The notes: a model not told the origin generated them from the letters alone. A stretch of 64,000 nucleotides of DNA from Trueperaceae bacterium (GCA_965213705.1 OZ243913.1:3200001-3264000); one strand, 5' to 3'; shown: positions 9,415 to 19,740, numbered from the stretch's first letter. A program made the numbers and translations.

Positions 9415-9819
9415 TGCCAGAGCCTATCACGGAGCCAAACTAAAAGGAGAAAAGCACGCGGCGGCCTCACCGAACAAAAACGCAGTTCGCCTCATCTGAG
9501 CTGACTCGGTGCTTTGTCGAGACAGGTCTTACTATTTTGCCGTTGGAAAGTTTGTCCTGATAAACGCGCTCGCACCGCGCGGCCTAAAGCGCGTCGCGTT
9601 GTAAGTCCAGGTTTTGGTCGTCCGTCGACACCCGAGCGTAACCGGTGAGCCTGGTTTTTCCTCCAACCTTCTCGAAACTCGTCTCGAGGCCGTCCCCTTG
9701 AGAAATATAAAGCGAGAGGCGTTTGGATGGGTTTTTCCGAGGTGAGCGCAGCCTTCTCAAAAACCACCGGATTCGGAAAGGGATTGGGGGGAACTATGGG
9801 CTTGTTATGTAAATTATTT

Positions 9820-9920
9820 TAAGTACCTCCAGGGTGACTTTGCAGGAGCAAAGTCACCCGAGTGGAGCGAGTACGGATAGACCGACTAAGCATTCTGCAA
9901 ATCCACCCTGGATTAGCTTA
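9820..9920 (+). mobile_element. 101-bp MITE-like/non-coding repeat, copy A
   Basis: Near-identical to the reverse complement of 19741-19841; imperfect terminal IR (TAAG..CCAGGGTG / CACCCTGG..CTTA); internal 12-bp hairpin. Confidence 0.7.
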
Positions 9921-9988
9921 GTGTCTTTTGAAAGGGTTGCCGATGTTTTCAAACCGTCCGTTTGTGTAGCGTTTTCCGGTTTGTCGGC

Positions 9989-10654
9989 TCACAAAACGTG
10001 GCTGCCGTGGCCCCTCGAGCCCACACCCTCGAGCGTCAGCGTCAGCGCCTTGCGCAGTTCGTCGTGGATGGACAAGTCCTGCCGGTAAGTCGCCCACTGC
10101 AGGGCCGTCAAAAAAAAGGTGTTGGCGACGGTGCGCGCCAAGCGTTCGCGCGAAAAGTCGCTGCGAACCAGGCCCGAGTCCCGAGCTTCTGTAAGGTACC
10201 TGTAGAGCAGCGGCACGAGCGGCAGCGCGACGTAAGCTTCTTTGGAGCGCACCGGGTCGGGGTTGAGCAGTTCGTAACTCAGCGGCAGCACGAGGTGACG
10301 GTTTGCCTCGACAAAACAAGCCAGCTCGTCAAAAATCGCGTAGAGCTTCAGAAGCGGGGTCGTTTGCTGCGACACCTGCGCACGCCGTTCCAAGTCGGCG
10401 AGTTCCTGCGCCAGATGCTCGGTCAAAATCGCTTCTTTGTAAGGATAGTAGTTGAACACCGTACCCCGGGACACGTCGGCGGCTCTGGCGATGTCGACGA
10501 CGGTCGTTTCATGAAAGCCTTTGTCCCGAAACAGGTGCATAGCTGCCTCAAAAATGCGTCGCCGCCGGTCACGTTTTTGCCGTTCACGCACGCTCAGGTC
10601 GGGCGCGGTCACCTTTTTGGAGGTTTTGGGGGTCGTCTTGGGCAGCGTGCTCAC
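9989..10654 (-). CDS. TetR/AcrR family regulator
   Basis: RERQK..RRRRIFEAA..LF..KGF..TTVVDIARAADVSRGTVFNYYPYKE; GTG start preceded by TAGACT. Confidence 0.9.
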   Translation of the reverse strand: MSTLPKTTPKTSKKVTAPDLSVRERQKRDRRRRIFEAAMHLFRDKGFHETTVVDIARAADVSRGTVFNYYPYKEAILTEHLAQELADLERRAQVSQQTTPLLKLYAIFDELACFVEANRHLVLPLSYELLNPDPVRSKEAYVALPLVPLLYRYLTEARDSGLVRSDFSRERLARTVANTFFLTALQWATYRQDLSIHDELRKALTLTLEGVGSRGHGSHVL

Positions 10655-10706
10655 AAACGCCAGTCTAACGTGAGGCGGGCGTCGAGCACAAAAAAGAGTC
10701 ACCCTG

Positions 10707-10775
10707 ACCTTGGGGCTACTACCAGGTCAACCTCGGGGTCACTACCAGGTCAACCTTGGGGCTACCACCGGGTCG
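10707..10775. repeat. 3 x 23-bp tandem repeat
   Basis: ACCTTGGGGCTACTACCAGGTCA / ACCTCGGGGTCACTACCAGGTCA / ACCTTGGGGCTACCACCGGGTCG. Confidence 0.85.
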
Positions 10776-10916
10776 GCTTCCGTCTCCCTTTATCGCTGCG
10801 AAAGGGCGGAAGCGCTGAGGCAACCTCACGCTCGAGACTGCCACGCTTCACTCGCAAGGACGAACCGCTTTGCGCAGCTCAACCCCTTCGCGCTCGCCCT
10901 GTCCCCGACTTTCAAG

Positions 10917-10940
10917 AAAAAAGCCGCCCGGAGGCGGCTC
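10917..10940 (-). terminator. Terminator of the infC-rpmI-rplT operon
   Basis: On the minus strand GAGCCGCC-TCCG-GGCGGCTT followed by a T-run. Confidence 0.7.
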
Positions 10941-10958
10941 CTAAAGAACTATTTGAGG

Positions 10959-11315
10959 TTAAGCTCGAGCCGACTTAGAAACTTCGACGAGACTCTTAAA
11001 GGCCTCGGGTTGTTGAACGGCTAAGTCGGCGAGAATTTTGCGGTTGATTTCTACACCCGAAGTGCGCAGGCCGCTGATAAAGGTCGAATAGCTCATGCCT
11101 TCCTGGCGCGCGGCGGCGTTGATGCGCGCTATCCAGAGTCGGCGAAAATCCGTTTTTTTGTCACGGCGGTCGCGGTACTCGTAGTCGGCGGCGTTGAGGA
11201 GCGTCTGCTGCGCGATGCGAAAGCTGCGCGAGCGCAGGCCCCAAAAGCCCTTGGCACGCTTTAAAATTTTCTTGTGCTTGGCCCGGCGGACGGTGCTCGT
11301 CTTGGCGCGTGGCAT
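10959..11315 (-). CDS. rplT: 50S ribosomal protein L20
   Basis: [39 protein letters not shown]. Confidence 0.98.
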   Translation of the reverse strand: MPRAKTSTVRRAKHKKILKRAKGFWGLRSRSFRIAQQTLLNAADYEYRDRRDKKTDFRRLWIARINAAARQEGMSYSTFISGLRTSGVEINRKILADLAVQQPEAFKSLVEVSKSARA

Positions 11316-11318
11316 GGC

Positions 11319-11516
11319 TTAGTCGTAGGGCAGAAGCTTTTTGATGCGGTCAGCCTCTGCAGTTGCGATGATGAGGTCGGTTCGGCCCTGGCGGATGCGG
11401 CCGCCACTCTTTTTAGCGTTGAGGTGGCGTTTGCCACTGCGCATCGCCTTGACTTTACCTCGCCCAGTGATTTTGACACGGGCTTTGGTGCCCTTGTGGG
11501 TCTTTAACTTCGGCAT
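11319..11516 (-). CDS. rpmI: 50S ribosomal protein L35
   Basis: MPKLKTHKG..ARVKITG.GK; located between infC and rplT. Confidence 0.97.
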   Translation of the reverse strand: MPKLKTHKGTKARVKITGRGKVKAMRSGKRHLNAKKSGGRIRQGRTDLIIATAEADRIKKLLPYD

Positions 11517-11620
11517 TTCTGACTCCTTGTGGCACGTCCGTGCCGAACTTGTTCTTGCGCCCCGGCCTGTTCTGCGGGCGGAGCTATAGCGGTTGCCACG
11601 GTCTAAGCAGTCGGACGGCT

Positions 11621-12127
11621 TTAAGCGGGTCTCAGCACCATGTTCATGTCCATCCCGGCCAGGGTCGGCGCCATGTCGACGACGGCTAGCTCCGTCGTTT
11701 CCTTGGCGACGCGGTTGAGCAGTTCTTGCCCCAACTCGGGGTGGGTGCGTTCACGACCGCGGAACATGATAACCACGCGCACCTTGTGACCACCCTCTAA
11801 AAAGCGGCGGATGTGCTTGACTTTTGTCTGGTAGTCGTGCTCCTCGATTTTGACGCGGAACTTGATGGCTTTCATCTCCTGCTGGCGGGACCGCTTACGG
11901 GCTTCTTTTTCTTGCTGTTGCAGCTCGTAACGGTATTTGCCGTAGTCCAGCAATTTGGCTACCGGCGGATTGGCCGCTTCACCCACCAAGACCAAGTCCA
12001 GCTCCTCGTCTCGAGCGCGCTGTAAAGCGTCTCTCGTGTCGACGATTCCGACTTGCTCACCGTCTCCGGCAATCAGGCGCACCTGCCTCATCCGAATCTG
12101 CTCGTTAACCTTCAGCTCTTTCGCTAT
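11621..12127 (-). CDS. infC: Translation initiation factor IF-3 with non-canonical ATA start
   Basis: VNEQIR..VRLI, PPVAKLLDYGKY, MFRGRE; SD GGAGGTG 6 nt before ATA GCG AAA. Confidence 0.95.
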   Translation of the reverse strand: MAKELKVNEQIRMRQVRLIAGDGEQVGIVDTRDALQRARDEELDLVLVGEAANPPVAKLLDYGKYRYELQQQEKEARKRSRQQEMKAIKFRVKIEEHDYQTKVKHIRRFLEGGHKVRVVIMFRGRERTHPELGQELLNRVAKETTELAVVDMAPTLAGMDMNMVLRPA

Positions 12128-12702
12128 AGACTTCACCTCCAAAGTGCAGTGCCGCAGGGCACACAGCTAGGTAGTCTAGCAAAAAAAGTATACACAATCA
12201 AAGACCACAACACACAGAAGCCTCGCAAAATGCCTTTCGGACAAAATTTTTACACCGTCCAATGCCAAGTCTAATGCCAAAGCGCCTCAGTTCCGGTGTA
12301 ACTTTTTCGCTGCAGCCAAAAAGTCTGTCGAAGCTGTGTTTTTTTTGCTCACACGCTGCCGCACTATCGCTCCGCAGCAGTTCAACTCTTTCTGGAGCGT
12401 CCGCGCTTCTGCCTGCCGCAAAGTCGCGGCTCACAACCTCAGCCATTTTTTCTTCGGATAATCGTTCAGTAACCGTTCAACAACCGCGGTTGATATGAAC
12501 ATGGCTAGCGGGACAAACTCTACGTGTGTCCTCACATCAACGTCCTCTTCTGGCAATTCACCTTACCGCTTTGGCGTCAAACCCACTTACAGTTTGCAAC
12601 GCCCTTTAGTCGACCCCCAACTCCATCTTTTGTGTGGTTTGTGCCGGAAACGGATTTGCTAAGCTGAGCCTGCAACAAAGACTAGGTGGGACGAAAGGGA
12701 AG

Positions 12703-14532
12703 ATGATGAGGAGACGGAGTTTTTGGACGTTTGCGTTGGCAGCATTTTTGTTGGCGGCGTGCTCGAGGACGCCGGTGGAGACGGTAGACCCACTCAAACC
12801 GTTTACCGAACAAGAGGTGTCCTGGGGAAGCTGTGACGCGCAGTTTTTCGATGACGAGCTGGAGTTTTTAGAGCCCATCGCAAACCGGCTCGAGTGCGCC
12901 ACGCTGCAAACGCCGCTGAGCTGGGAAAAGCCGGGGCTCGAGTCGGTCAATTTAGGCGTGCTGCGGGTGCGCGCCCCCAACCCGACAACGCGCAAGGGGG
13001 CTATTTTTCTGAACCCCGGCGGACCGGGTGGGGACGGGCTCTTCCTGGCCGCCCTCTTCGGCTTCATTTTCGATTCGGCGGAAAGGTCCGGTGACCCGTC
13101 CGGCAAAGCTCTGAAAGCCCTCTCGGACAACTACGACATCCTCGGCTTTTCGCCGCGCGGCGTGGGGGAAAGTTTTAGACTCTACTGCGGCACCAACAAG
13201 CTGTTTCCTGCAGGGGTGAGCTTTTACGACACGTCCGAAGAGAACCTGAACGACCTCCTTTTGGGCTCGAGCTACGTCGCCGACGCGTGTGAAGCCAACC
13301 CCCTGACCAAGTACGTCGACACGGAGCAAACCGTGCGCGACATGGACCTGATTCGAGGACTGCTCGGCGACGAAAAGCTGAACTACTTGGGCTACTCCTA
13401 CGGCTCGTGGCTCGGTGCTTGGTACGCCAAGACGTTTCCCGAGCACAGCGGCAACATCGTCCTGGACGCCAACACGGAATTCTCGGCGACGTTCAAAGAC
13501 GTGTTCGAGTTGCAGCCGCTCGGCTTCAACCGCGCTTTTAAAGACGTGGCCCTCGCCTACGCGGCAAGGAACAGCAGTACGTACAACCTCGGCGCGACCA
13601 AAGAGGAAATTTTCAACGTTTTCCTGGCGCTTCCGGACAGGATCAGGGAGGCTTTCACCTTCGGTTTCAGCGGCGTCGCCGGTGACCTGTATTCGTCGTT
13701 TGCCGTGCCGGAGGTAGGCTTCAAGCTCGTGGCGGCGAGGGGCGTTGCGGAGGTGTTGACAACCCTCGAGGCAGACCCCGATTTGGGCGTTTTGCTGGAC
13801 GCGGTACAGGCTTATACCTACTCGGACAACCCGGAGATAAACGCGCGAGTGGCGAGCTACGCCTCCGACATCGCTTTTTACTATTACATTACCCTCGAGG
13901 CTTACCCAGGTTTCATCGAACTGCCGTCCTCGAGCGCCCTGTTCCAGGCCATCACCTGCAACGACACGCCTTGGCCGAACGACCCGGCCGTTTACAAAGC
14001 GTCGGCGCGCGAGTCGGCCGCAGCTTATCCTCTTTTCGGAGTCGAGCTGGCGCAGCAACCGTGCGCGTTCTGGTCGGGGCCGACGACGACCAAACCCGAC
14101 GTGCCGGCAAACATGCCCCCCGTGCTCATGGTACAGACCGGCTTCGACGCGGCGACGCCCGCCGAGGGTGCGTTGCGCGCCTTCGACTCGCTGCCAAACG
14201 CACACCTTGTGTTTATCAAAAACGAGATGTCGCACACAGCTTTCCCGTACGGCGAGCCTTGCGTGGACGAGAAAGTGGCGAACTACCTGCTCACGGGCGA
14301 ACTGCCGAGCGAGCCCGTCTCCAACTGTGAAGCGCGACCCCTGCCCGGCGAAACCCAGGTCTACCCGCCCGAAGGTGGTCCGAGCCCGCAAGCGGTGGGC
14401 AGCTTTTCGCTTCAAGCCGCCCTCCACCCCACCTCCGGCAACCCGCTCTACGACCAGGTTCACGAGTTGATTCGCGAGAACGCCGCCGACTTCTACGGCC
14501 ACAGCTTGCGGGACGAGCGTGAACAGCGGTAG
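12703..14532 (+). CDS. Lipoprotein alpha/beta hydrolase, TAP-like (S33) peptidase
   Basis: Lipobox LAAC, NPGGPG, PRGVG, GYSYG nucleophile elbow, D.ATP, C-terminal His. Confidence 0.9.
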   Translation: MMRRRSFWTFALAAFLLAACSRTPVETVDPLKPFTEQEVSWGSCDAQFFDDELEFLEPIANRLECATLQTPLSWEKPGLESVNLGVLRVRAPNPTTRKGAIFLNPGGPGGDGLFLAALFGFIFDSAERSGDPSGKALKALSDNYDILGFSPRGVGESFRLYCGTNKLFPAGVSFYDTSEENLNDLLLGSSYVADACEANPLTKYVDTEQTVRDMDLIRGLLGDEKLNYLGYSYGSWLGAWYAKTFPEHSGNIVLDANTEFSATFKDVFELQPLGFNRAFKDVALAYAARNSSTYNLGATKEEIFNVFLALPDRIREAFTFGFSGVAGDLYSSFAVPEVGFKLVAARGVAEVLTTLEADPDLGVLLDAVQAYTYSDNPEINARVASYASDIAFYYYITLEAYPGFIELPSSSALFQAITCNDTPWPNDPAVYKASARESAAAYPLFGVELAQQPCAFWSGPTTTKPDVPANMPPVLMVQTGFDAATPAEGALRAFDSLPNAHLVFIKNEMSHTAFPYGEPCVDEKVANYLLTGELPSEPVSNCEARPLPGETQVYPPEGGPSPQAVGSFSLQAALHPTSGNPLYDQVHELIRENAADFYGHSLRDEREQR

Positions 14533-15112
14533 GCAAGAAACCCGTGGCCCGCTCGGCAAGTCTAGGCTTGTCGGCGGGCTCATCCTTGCTTGTGTGGTGG
14601 CGAGCGGTTGTAGTCCCCGGACGGGACCCCGCGAGCCCCCGTCCCCTGTCGTGACAGTTTCTGAAAATTCTGCAACGCCTGCGCTTTTGGGCTACGCGCT
14701 AACCGTGCCGGGTGTCGAAGCTAGAATTGCGGTCGATGAAGGGTTCTTGCGCGGCGACCTCACCCCTTTTGAGAGTGCGGAGGGCGGGACGCTGCGCCTG
14801 GTCGGGCAACCGCTCGAGTGGCGACCTATGGGCGCACCTCCTTATCTTGTCCTCGGGCTCGAGCTTGCTGAAATCGCTCGAGCGCCCACGCTCTACCTCG
14901 TCCTGCTGGAACGTCGGGACGCGAGTTTTGTGGAGCGCGGGGTCGAACGCCTCGGCGAAAATCTTTTTCTGGTCAGCGTCACGCCCACAGCCGATACTTT
15001 GGAGGTGCGTGCCCTGGACGCGCGTCTGGGCCGCCTGCCTGCAAAGCGAGGGTTGGGCGGCTACTTCTACCTTTTCAAACTCACCGACGGTTCACTGCAA
15101 AGGCTCAGGTAG
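14519..15112 (+). CDS. Hypothetical lipoprotein
   Basis: Hydrophobic leader ending VASGC; overlaps the peptidase stop. Confidence 0.6.
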   Translation: MNSGRQETRGPLGKSRLVGGLILACVVASGCSPRTGPREPPSPVVTVSENSATPALLGYALTVPGVEARIAVDEGFLRGDLTPFESAEGGTLRLVGQPLEWRPMGAPPYLVLGLELAEIARAPTLYLVLLERRDASFVERGVERLGENLFLVSVTPTADTLEVRALDARLGRLPAKRGLGGYFYLFKLTDGSLQRLR

Positions 15113-15163
15113 ATAGTAAAACGGAGAAAAAACTTCCAGTTCCTAGTCTCTCCTGCTCCGCCC

Positions 15164-15850
15164 TCAAACTTCCACCACACGCCGCGCTTTGTCCAGCACC
15201 GCGCCGAACATCTCCGGGGTCAGCGTGCCGGTGTTGGTGTTCTGAAAACTGACGTGGTAGCTGTCGAGCATGGGTAAGGCGTTGTCAAAGGTGTGCAGTT
15301 TGCCGTGTTCGAAGCGGGTGCGACTTTTGACGACGGCGTGCCCTCGAGCCTTCAAAAACTCTAAGTAGCTGTCGTGCGCGATTGCGCCCAAAGCCAAGAC
15401 GAGCCGGAGGTTCGGCAAGCTTGTCAGGTCGTGCTCGAGCCAGGTTTGGCAGTTGGCGACTTCACCGCGCGTGGGCTTGTTGCCCGGCGGGGCGCAGCGA
15501 CAAGCGGCGCTTATCCACAGGTCGCGCAGCTCTAAGCCGTCGCCGGGGCCGCTCGAGACGGGTTTGTTCGCAAACCCCGCGCGGTGCAGTGCCGGAAACA
15601 AAAACGCGCCACTGGCGTCGCCGGTGAACATGCGCCCGGTGCGGTTCGAGCCGTGCGCGCCGGGCGCTAAGCCGAGCAGAAAAACAGAAGCGTTGGTGTC
15701 ACCGAAGCCGGGTACGGGTTTGCCCCAGTAAGCGGCGTCTTTGTAAACGCGGCGCACCATGCGCTCCTTGCGCGCGATAGCCCGGCGGTGTTCGGCCAGG
15801 CGCGGGCAGCGGGTACAGGTCTCGAGCTTAGGCGGGTACGGGTCGAACAT
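15164..15850 (-). CDS. udgB: Uracil-DNA glycosylase family 5 (UdgB)
   Basis: CTRCPRL, GLAPGAHGSNRTGRMFTGD, RCAPPGNKP, HVSFQNT. Confidence 0.92.
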   Translation of the reverse strand: MFDPYPPKLETCTRCPRLAEHRRAIARKERMVRRVYKDAAYWGKPVPGFGDTNASVFLLGLAPGAHGSNRTGRMFTGDASGAFLFPALHRAGFANKPVSSGPGDGLELRDLWISAACRCAPPGNKPTRGEVANCQTWLEHDLTSLPNLRLVLALGAIAHDSYLEFLKARGHAVVKSRTRFEHGKLHTFDNALPMLDSYHVSFQNTNTGTLTPEMFGAVLDKARRVVEV

Positions 15851-15855
15851 AGGGG

Positions 15856-17079
15856 TCAGGCGGGCGCTAAACGCCGCTGCACCGCGTCGCGGATACGCTC
15901 CAAGGCCGCGGCAACGATGTGGCGTGAGGTCGCAAAGTTCAGCCGCACGAAACCCTCGCCGCCGGGTCCGAACCACGCGCCGTCGTTGAGGGCGACCCCG
16001 GCCTCCTCCAACAAAAACGCCTCGGGATTTTCCAGGCCCAAGCCGCGAAAGTCCAACCAGGCCAGGTAAGTGCCCTCGGGCGCGGTGTGCTCGACAAGGG
16101 GAAGTTCGCGTTTGACGAACTCAGCAACGTAGTCACGGTTGGCTTTTAAATAACCGAGGGTCTGTTGCAGCCACGCGTCAGCCTCGGTGTAGGCGGCTAT
16201 CGTCGCGCTTTGCGCAACGACGTCGGGCGCGCCGACCAGCCCGAAGGCGACGTTTTTCACCCGTTCCAGCAAGGCCTCGTTTTGGCTCACCAGAAAACCG
16301 ATTTTGAGACCCGCGACGTTGAACGTTTTCGTCGGACCCAGCAGCGTGATGGTCCGTTGGGCGACGTCGTCACCCAACGACGCGAAAGGGACGTGAAGGC
16401 CTTCGTAGACGAGGTCGCTATGAAGTTCGTCGGAGACGACCCAGAGCCGGTGCTTTAGCGCGAACTCGGCCAAGCGCTCCAGCTCGTGCCGGGTAAACAC
16501 GCGCCCGGTCGGGTTCTGCGGGTTGCAGAGCATAAACACCCGCGTGGCTGGCGTGACGAGCGTTTCCAGCGCTTCGAAGTCGATGCGCCAGTGTGCACCG
16601 TCGTGAACGAAAGGGTTGTAAACGGGAACCCGTCCGGTCTTTTCCACCGCCATGCGGAAGGGGCCGTAGATGGGCGACTGCATGATGACCTCGTCGCCCT
16701 CGCTCGAGCCTGCCAACACGCCCAAAAACAAACCTGTCACGATACTGTTGAGCAGGTGAATGTGACCCGGTGCCACGTTCCAACCGTAACGCCCGCTCAG
16801 GCGCGCGACCACGGCCTCTTTTAGACCTGGCAACCCCTCGGCGTCCGGATAGCCAAAGTTGTTCGTCCCGACGTAAGCGCTGACAGCCGCCTTGATGGGG
16901 TCCGCAACCGGAAAGTCCATGTCCGCGACCCACAGAGGCAACACGTCGGCACCGTATTTTTGCCACTTGGCACAGTCTTTTTGCCGCAAGTCCTCCACGC
17001 TCAGCGCGTCGTAGGAGGTGTCTGCCGGGGCTGTGTCTTTGGAAACCGTTTCTGTCGTGTCCATTTTTGTAGTAGCCAT
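15856..17079 (-). CDS. PLP-dependent C-S lyase, MalY/PatB family
   Basis: LPLWVADMDF, CNPQNPTGR, SDELH, TKTFNVAG, EGTYLAWLD. Confidence 0.92.
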   Translation of the reverse strand: MATTKMDTTETVSKDTAPADTSYDALSVEDLRQKDCAKWQKYGADVLPLWVADMDFPVADPIKAAVSAYVGTNNFGYPDAEGLPGLKEAVVARLSGRYGWNVAPGHIHLLNSIVTGLFLGVLAGSSEGDEVIMQSPIYGPFRMAVEKTGRVPVYNPFVHDGAHWRIDFEALETLVTPATRVFMLCNPQNPTGRVFTRHELERLAEFALKHRLWVVSDELHSDLVYEGLHVPFASLGDDVAQRTITLLGPTKTFNVAGLKIGFLVSQNEALLERVKNVAFGLVGAPDVVAQSATIAAYTEADAWLQQTLGYLKANRDYVAEFVKRELPLVEHTAPEGTYLAWLDFRGLGLENPEAFLLEEAGVALNDGAWFGPGGEGFVRLNFATSRHIVAAALERIRDAVQRRLAPA

Positions 17080-17142
17080 AGGACGAGTGTACCGCAGCGC
17101 CGGGGGCGGGCTTGCTATACTGGCCCAAGTTGAAGGAGACGC

Positions 17143-17418
17143 ATGAACGACGTTTTGATAACTCTGGTCGACTGGCGCGCGATGGAGATTTTGTTCGTGC
17201 TGGCGGTTGTACTCGTCTTAGTCGACTACTTTTTCCCGGTGGACTACCCGGCCTACTTCGGCTACTTTTGTTTTGCCGCGGGCATGTTTTTCGCGGTGCC
17301 GTTCGGGGTCGTAACCAGCCTGCTCGTCGCGCTCGGGATTTGGATAGTCTTGCTCGTTTTGCACCGCGTGCTGTTCACCCGGTTCTTAACGAACGCGCCC
17401 GGCGCGCAGCGGTCGTAG
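17143..17418 (+). CDS. Small membrane protein (NfeD N-terminal-like)
   Basis: GAAGGAG RBS; three hydrophobic segments. Confidence 0.65.
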   Translation: MNDVLITLVDWRAMEILFVLAVVLVLVDYFFPVDYPAYFGYFCFAAGMFFAVPFGVVTSLLVALGIWIVLLVLHRVLFTRFLTNAPGAQRS

Positions 17419-17424
17419 CTCGAG

Positions 17425-18321
17425 CTAATCACTGGCGGCTTTGGCCTGAAGCTCGAGGCGATTCCGCCGGCTCCGGTTGACGAGCGCGATGCCGGCGATG
17501 GCAATTCCGCCGCCGAGCAAGGTCAGCAAACCCGGCACCTCTCCTAACAACCACCAACTGAACAGCAAACTGAATACCGGCACCATGTACAAAAAGGCAG
17601 CGACGAGCGTGACCGGCGCTTGCGAAAGCGCGTAGGCGTAAAGCGTGTAGGCGACGGCCGACGGCACGACGCCGATGTACACGGCGGCCAGCAGCGGCGT
17701 CGTGCCCGCCGTGGAAAGGTCCGCGCCGAGGCCGGGCAGAAAGACGAGCATCGGCAGGGTTCCGGCCCAGGTCGCAAAAGCCGTGACTTCGACAGGTTTG
17801 TAGCGTTCGAAGAGGGGTTTCTGCAACACGGCGTGAAAAGCCGTGACCACCGCCGAGACCAAGATGAGCAGCGCGTAGGCGTTGAAGCCGAGGTTTGCGC
17901 CGCTCCCCAGCACGATTAAAACGACCCCGCCGAGGGAAGTCCCGATGCCCAACCAGCCCAAACCGCTCAAACGCTCGGCGAGCAAAAAGTAAGCGACGAC
18001 GGCCGTAAAAGCGGGCGCGGTGGCGATGATGAGGCTCGCCGCCCCCGCCGAAACGTGCAACTCACCAAAGTTGAGCGCCGTGTGGTAAAAAAAATAGCCG
18101 AGCAAACCCAACAGAAAAAAGAACGGCACGTCGCGGCGTTCGGGTATCATTTTACGGCCGGTCAGCGCCAGAAAAGGCAAGAAACACGCCGAGGCGACGA
18201 GGTGCCGCAGCAGCGTCAGGTGGCCCGCCGACAAACCTTCCAACCCCAGCTTGATGCCGGGAAACGCCGAACCCCAGAGGACGGCCAAGAGCAGGAGAAG
18301 AGCGAAAAGGGAGGAAGTCAC
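17425..18321 (-). CDS. DMT/EamA family transporter
   Basis: LWGSAF..IK, LLAERL, two EamA repeats with about 10 TMs. Confidence 0.9.
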   Translation of the reverse strand: MTSSLFALLLLLAVLWGSAFPGIKLGLEGLSAGHLTLLRHLVASACFLPFLALTGRKMIPERRDVPFFFLLGLLGYFFYHTALNFGELHVSAGAASLIIATAPAFTAVVAYFLLAERLSGLGWLGIGTSLGGVVLIVLGSGANLGFNAYALLILVSAVVTAFHAVLQKPLFERYKPVEVTAFATWAGTLPMLVFLPGLGADLSTAGTTPLLAAVYIGVVPSAVAYTLYAYALSQAPVTLVAAFLYMVPVFSLLFSWWLLGEVPGLLTLLGGGIAIAGIALVNRSRRNRLELQAKAASD

Positions 18322-18466
18322 AGCGGCTACTCTAACGCAGGTGCGGCGACGGAAGAGAAAGCTTAGAGACTGGGCTGGTAAGAACCGAGTTGACGTCAAA
18401 CGGGAACTGAATAGAAAAAGCGAGGAGAAGGTTTCTCCTCACTCACAACTCGTCGACACTTTGACT

Positions 18467-19480
18467 TCAACTCCTCGAGCCCGCCGCCTGAACCGCTCCG
18501 TCAGGCAGCGCCACGGTGCGCCCGCAGGCGCAAATTTCTTGGTCGCGCACCATCGTCGCCTGGCCCTCGCGGTACCAAAGCGTGTCGCAGTCGGGGCAGC
18601 GGATTTCGTCTTGCGAAATGGCGCGGATTTGCTCGGGGCCGAGCCAGCGCTTTTCGCCGCACCAGTGACAGACCGCTTCCGCGCCGCCCTCTTGTCGAAT
18701 CATCTCCTCGCGCTCCTGGACGGTGAAGTAAGCGAGCGCGTCCAGGGCTTTTTCGTCGCTGCAGCGGCAGTCGAACCGCAGGGGCAGCGCGTCCTCGGTC
18801 AACAGTTCGAACTCCAAGCCCCAGCACAGTTCATGAACGATTTCGATCAAGGACATACTCGCCATCGCCGTGGTGAGCTGGCCGAAGGCCTTGACGTTGG
18901 CGGTGAGCAGGTCGAGCGCGCCTTGGTTCGCGTCGGGCAGGGCTTGCAGGATTACACCGCCCGAGCGGGTCACCCGACCCTCTTCGACGTACACGCCCAA
19001 AAGCACCGCCGAGCCGATTTGCTCGGACTGGGCTAAAAACACCGCGATGTCCTCGGCGACTTCGCCGTTGTGGAGTTTGACGCTCGAGCTGTACGGGTCG
19101 CCGTAGGGCGCGTGCGAGCGGATGACCTCGATGTCGCCCTTGCCGACGCCGCCGCCCACGTTCAGCTTGCCGTCCGGGCGCGGGGCCAGGTTGACCCAGG
19201 GTTTGGCGACGTAACCGCGCACCGAGCCGTCGAGTCCGGCCTCGGCGATGACGCCGCCCAGCGGCCCGTCGCCGCGCAGGCGCAGGGTGAGGCGGTCCTG
19301 GTGGTTTTTTAAGAGCACGTGCGACAGCAGCAGCGCGCCGGTCAGCGTGCGGCCCAGCGCCGCCGCGGCGGTGGGCGTGGCGTCGTGGCGTGAACGGGCC
19401 TCTTCGACCAGGGTCGTGGTGTCCGCCGCAATCACGCGAATGCCACCGTTAGCAGCAATGCCGCGAAGTAAGTAAGACAT
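18467..19480 (-). CDS. hslO: Hsp33 redox-regulated chaperone with a C-terminal Cys-rich extension
   Basis: AAALGR.LTG, GDGPLG, QSEQ, CRC..CHWC redox switch, plus CPDC..CAC. Confidence 0.92.
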   Translation of the reverse strand: MSYLLRGIAANGGIRVIAADTTTLVEEARSRHDATPTAAAALGRTLTGALLLSHVLLKNHQDRLTLRLRGDGPLGGVIAEAGLDGSVRGYVAKPWVNLAPRPDGKLNVGGGVGKGDIEVIRSHAPYGDPYSSSVKLHNGEVAEDIAVFLAQSEQIGSAVLLGVYVEEGRVTRSGGVILQALPDANQGALDLLTANVKAFGQLTTAMASMSLIEIVHELCWGLEFELLTEDALPLRFDCRCSDEKALDALAYFTVQEREEMIRQEGGAEAVCHWCGEKRWLGPEQIRAISQDEIRCPDCDTLWYREGQATMVRDQEICACGRTVALPDGAVQAAGSRS

Positions 19481-19740
19481 GTGGGTTCCTTCCCCGACGC
19501 GCCAAAAAGAGAGGCGGTTCGACACCGCCCGACACGTCAAGCATTCCTCAAAGTATAAAAAGAGACCCCGCCAAAAGCGGTAAGACGCCTTACGGCAGGC
19601 GAGCGGCACCTCAATCTCCGCTAGCAGATAAAACCACAAGTCTCGGTTTTCGGTGCGCAATTTTCGATGCACAATGCAAGGACGCTTGGCGCGTCGGGCC
19701 GGTCATTCACCTGGTACGAGATGAATTGTCGACAGACCTT

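Noticed and set aside
10707..10775. Possible CRISPR array (also 46229-46294 and 48400-48466)
   Set aside because: Units are head-to-tail with no unique spacers, and no cas genes are present
11517..11620. L20 leader RNA between infC and rpmI
   Set aside because: Plausible by position, but I could not verify the consensus structure by eye
12198..12498. Small ORFs in the infC-peptidase intergenic region
   Set aside because: No convincing RBS, motifs or codon bias; probably promoter DNA
12952..14583. Long antisense ORFs (543 aa here; also 20025-21359, 35789-36895 and 60909-61988)
   Set aside because: They shadow well-supported genes on the opposite strand, a typical high-GC codon artefact, and show no recognisable motifs
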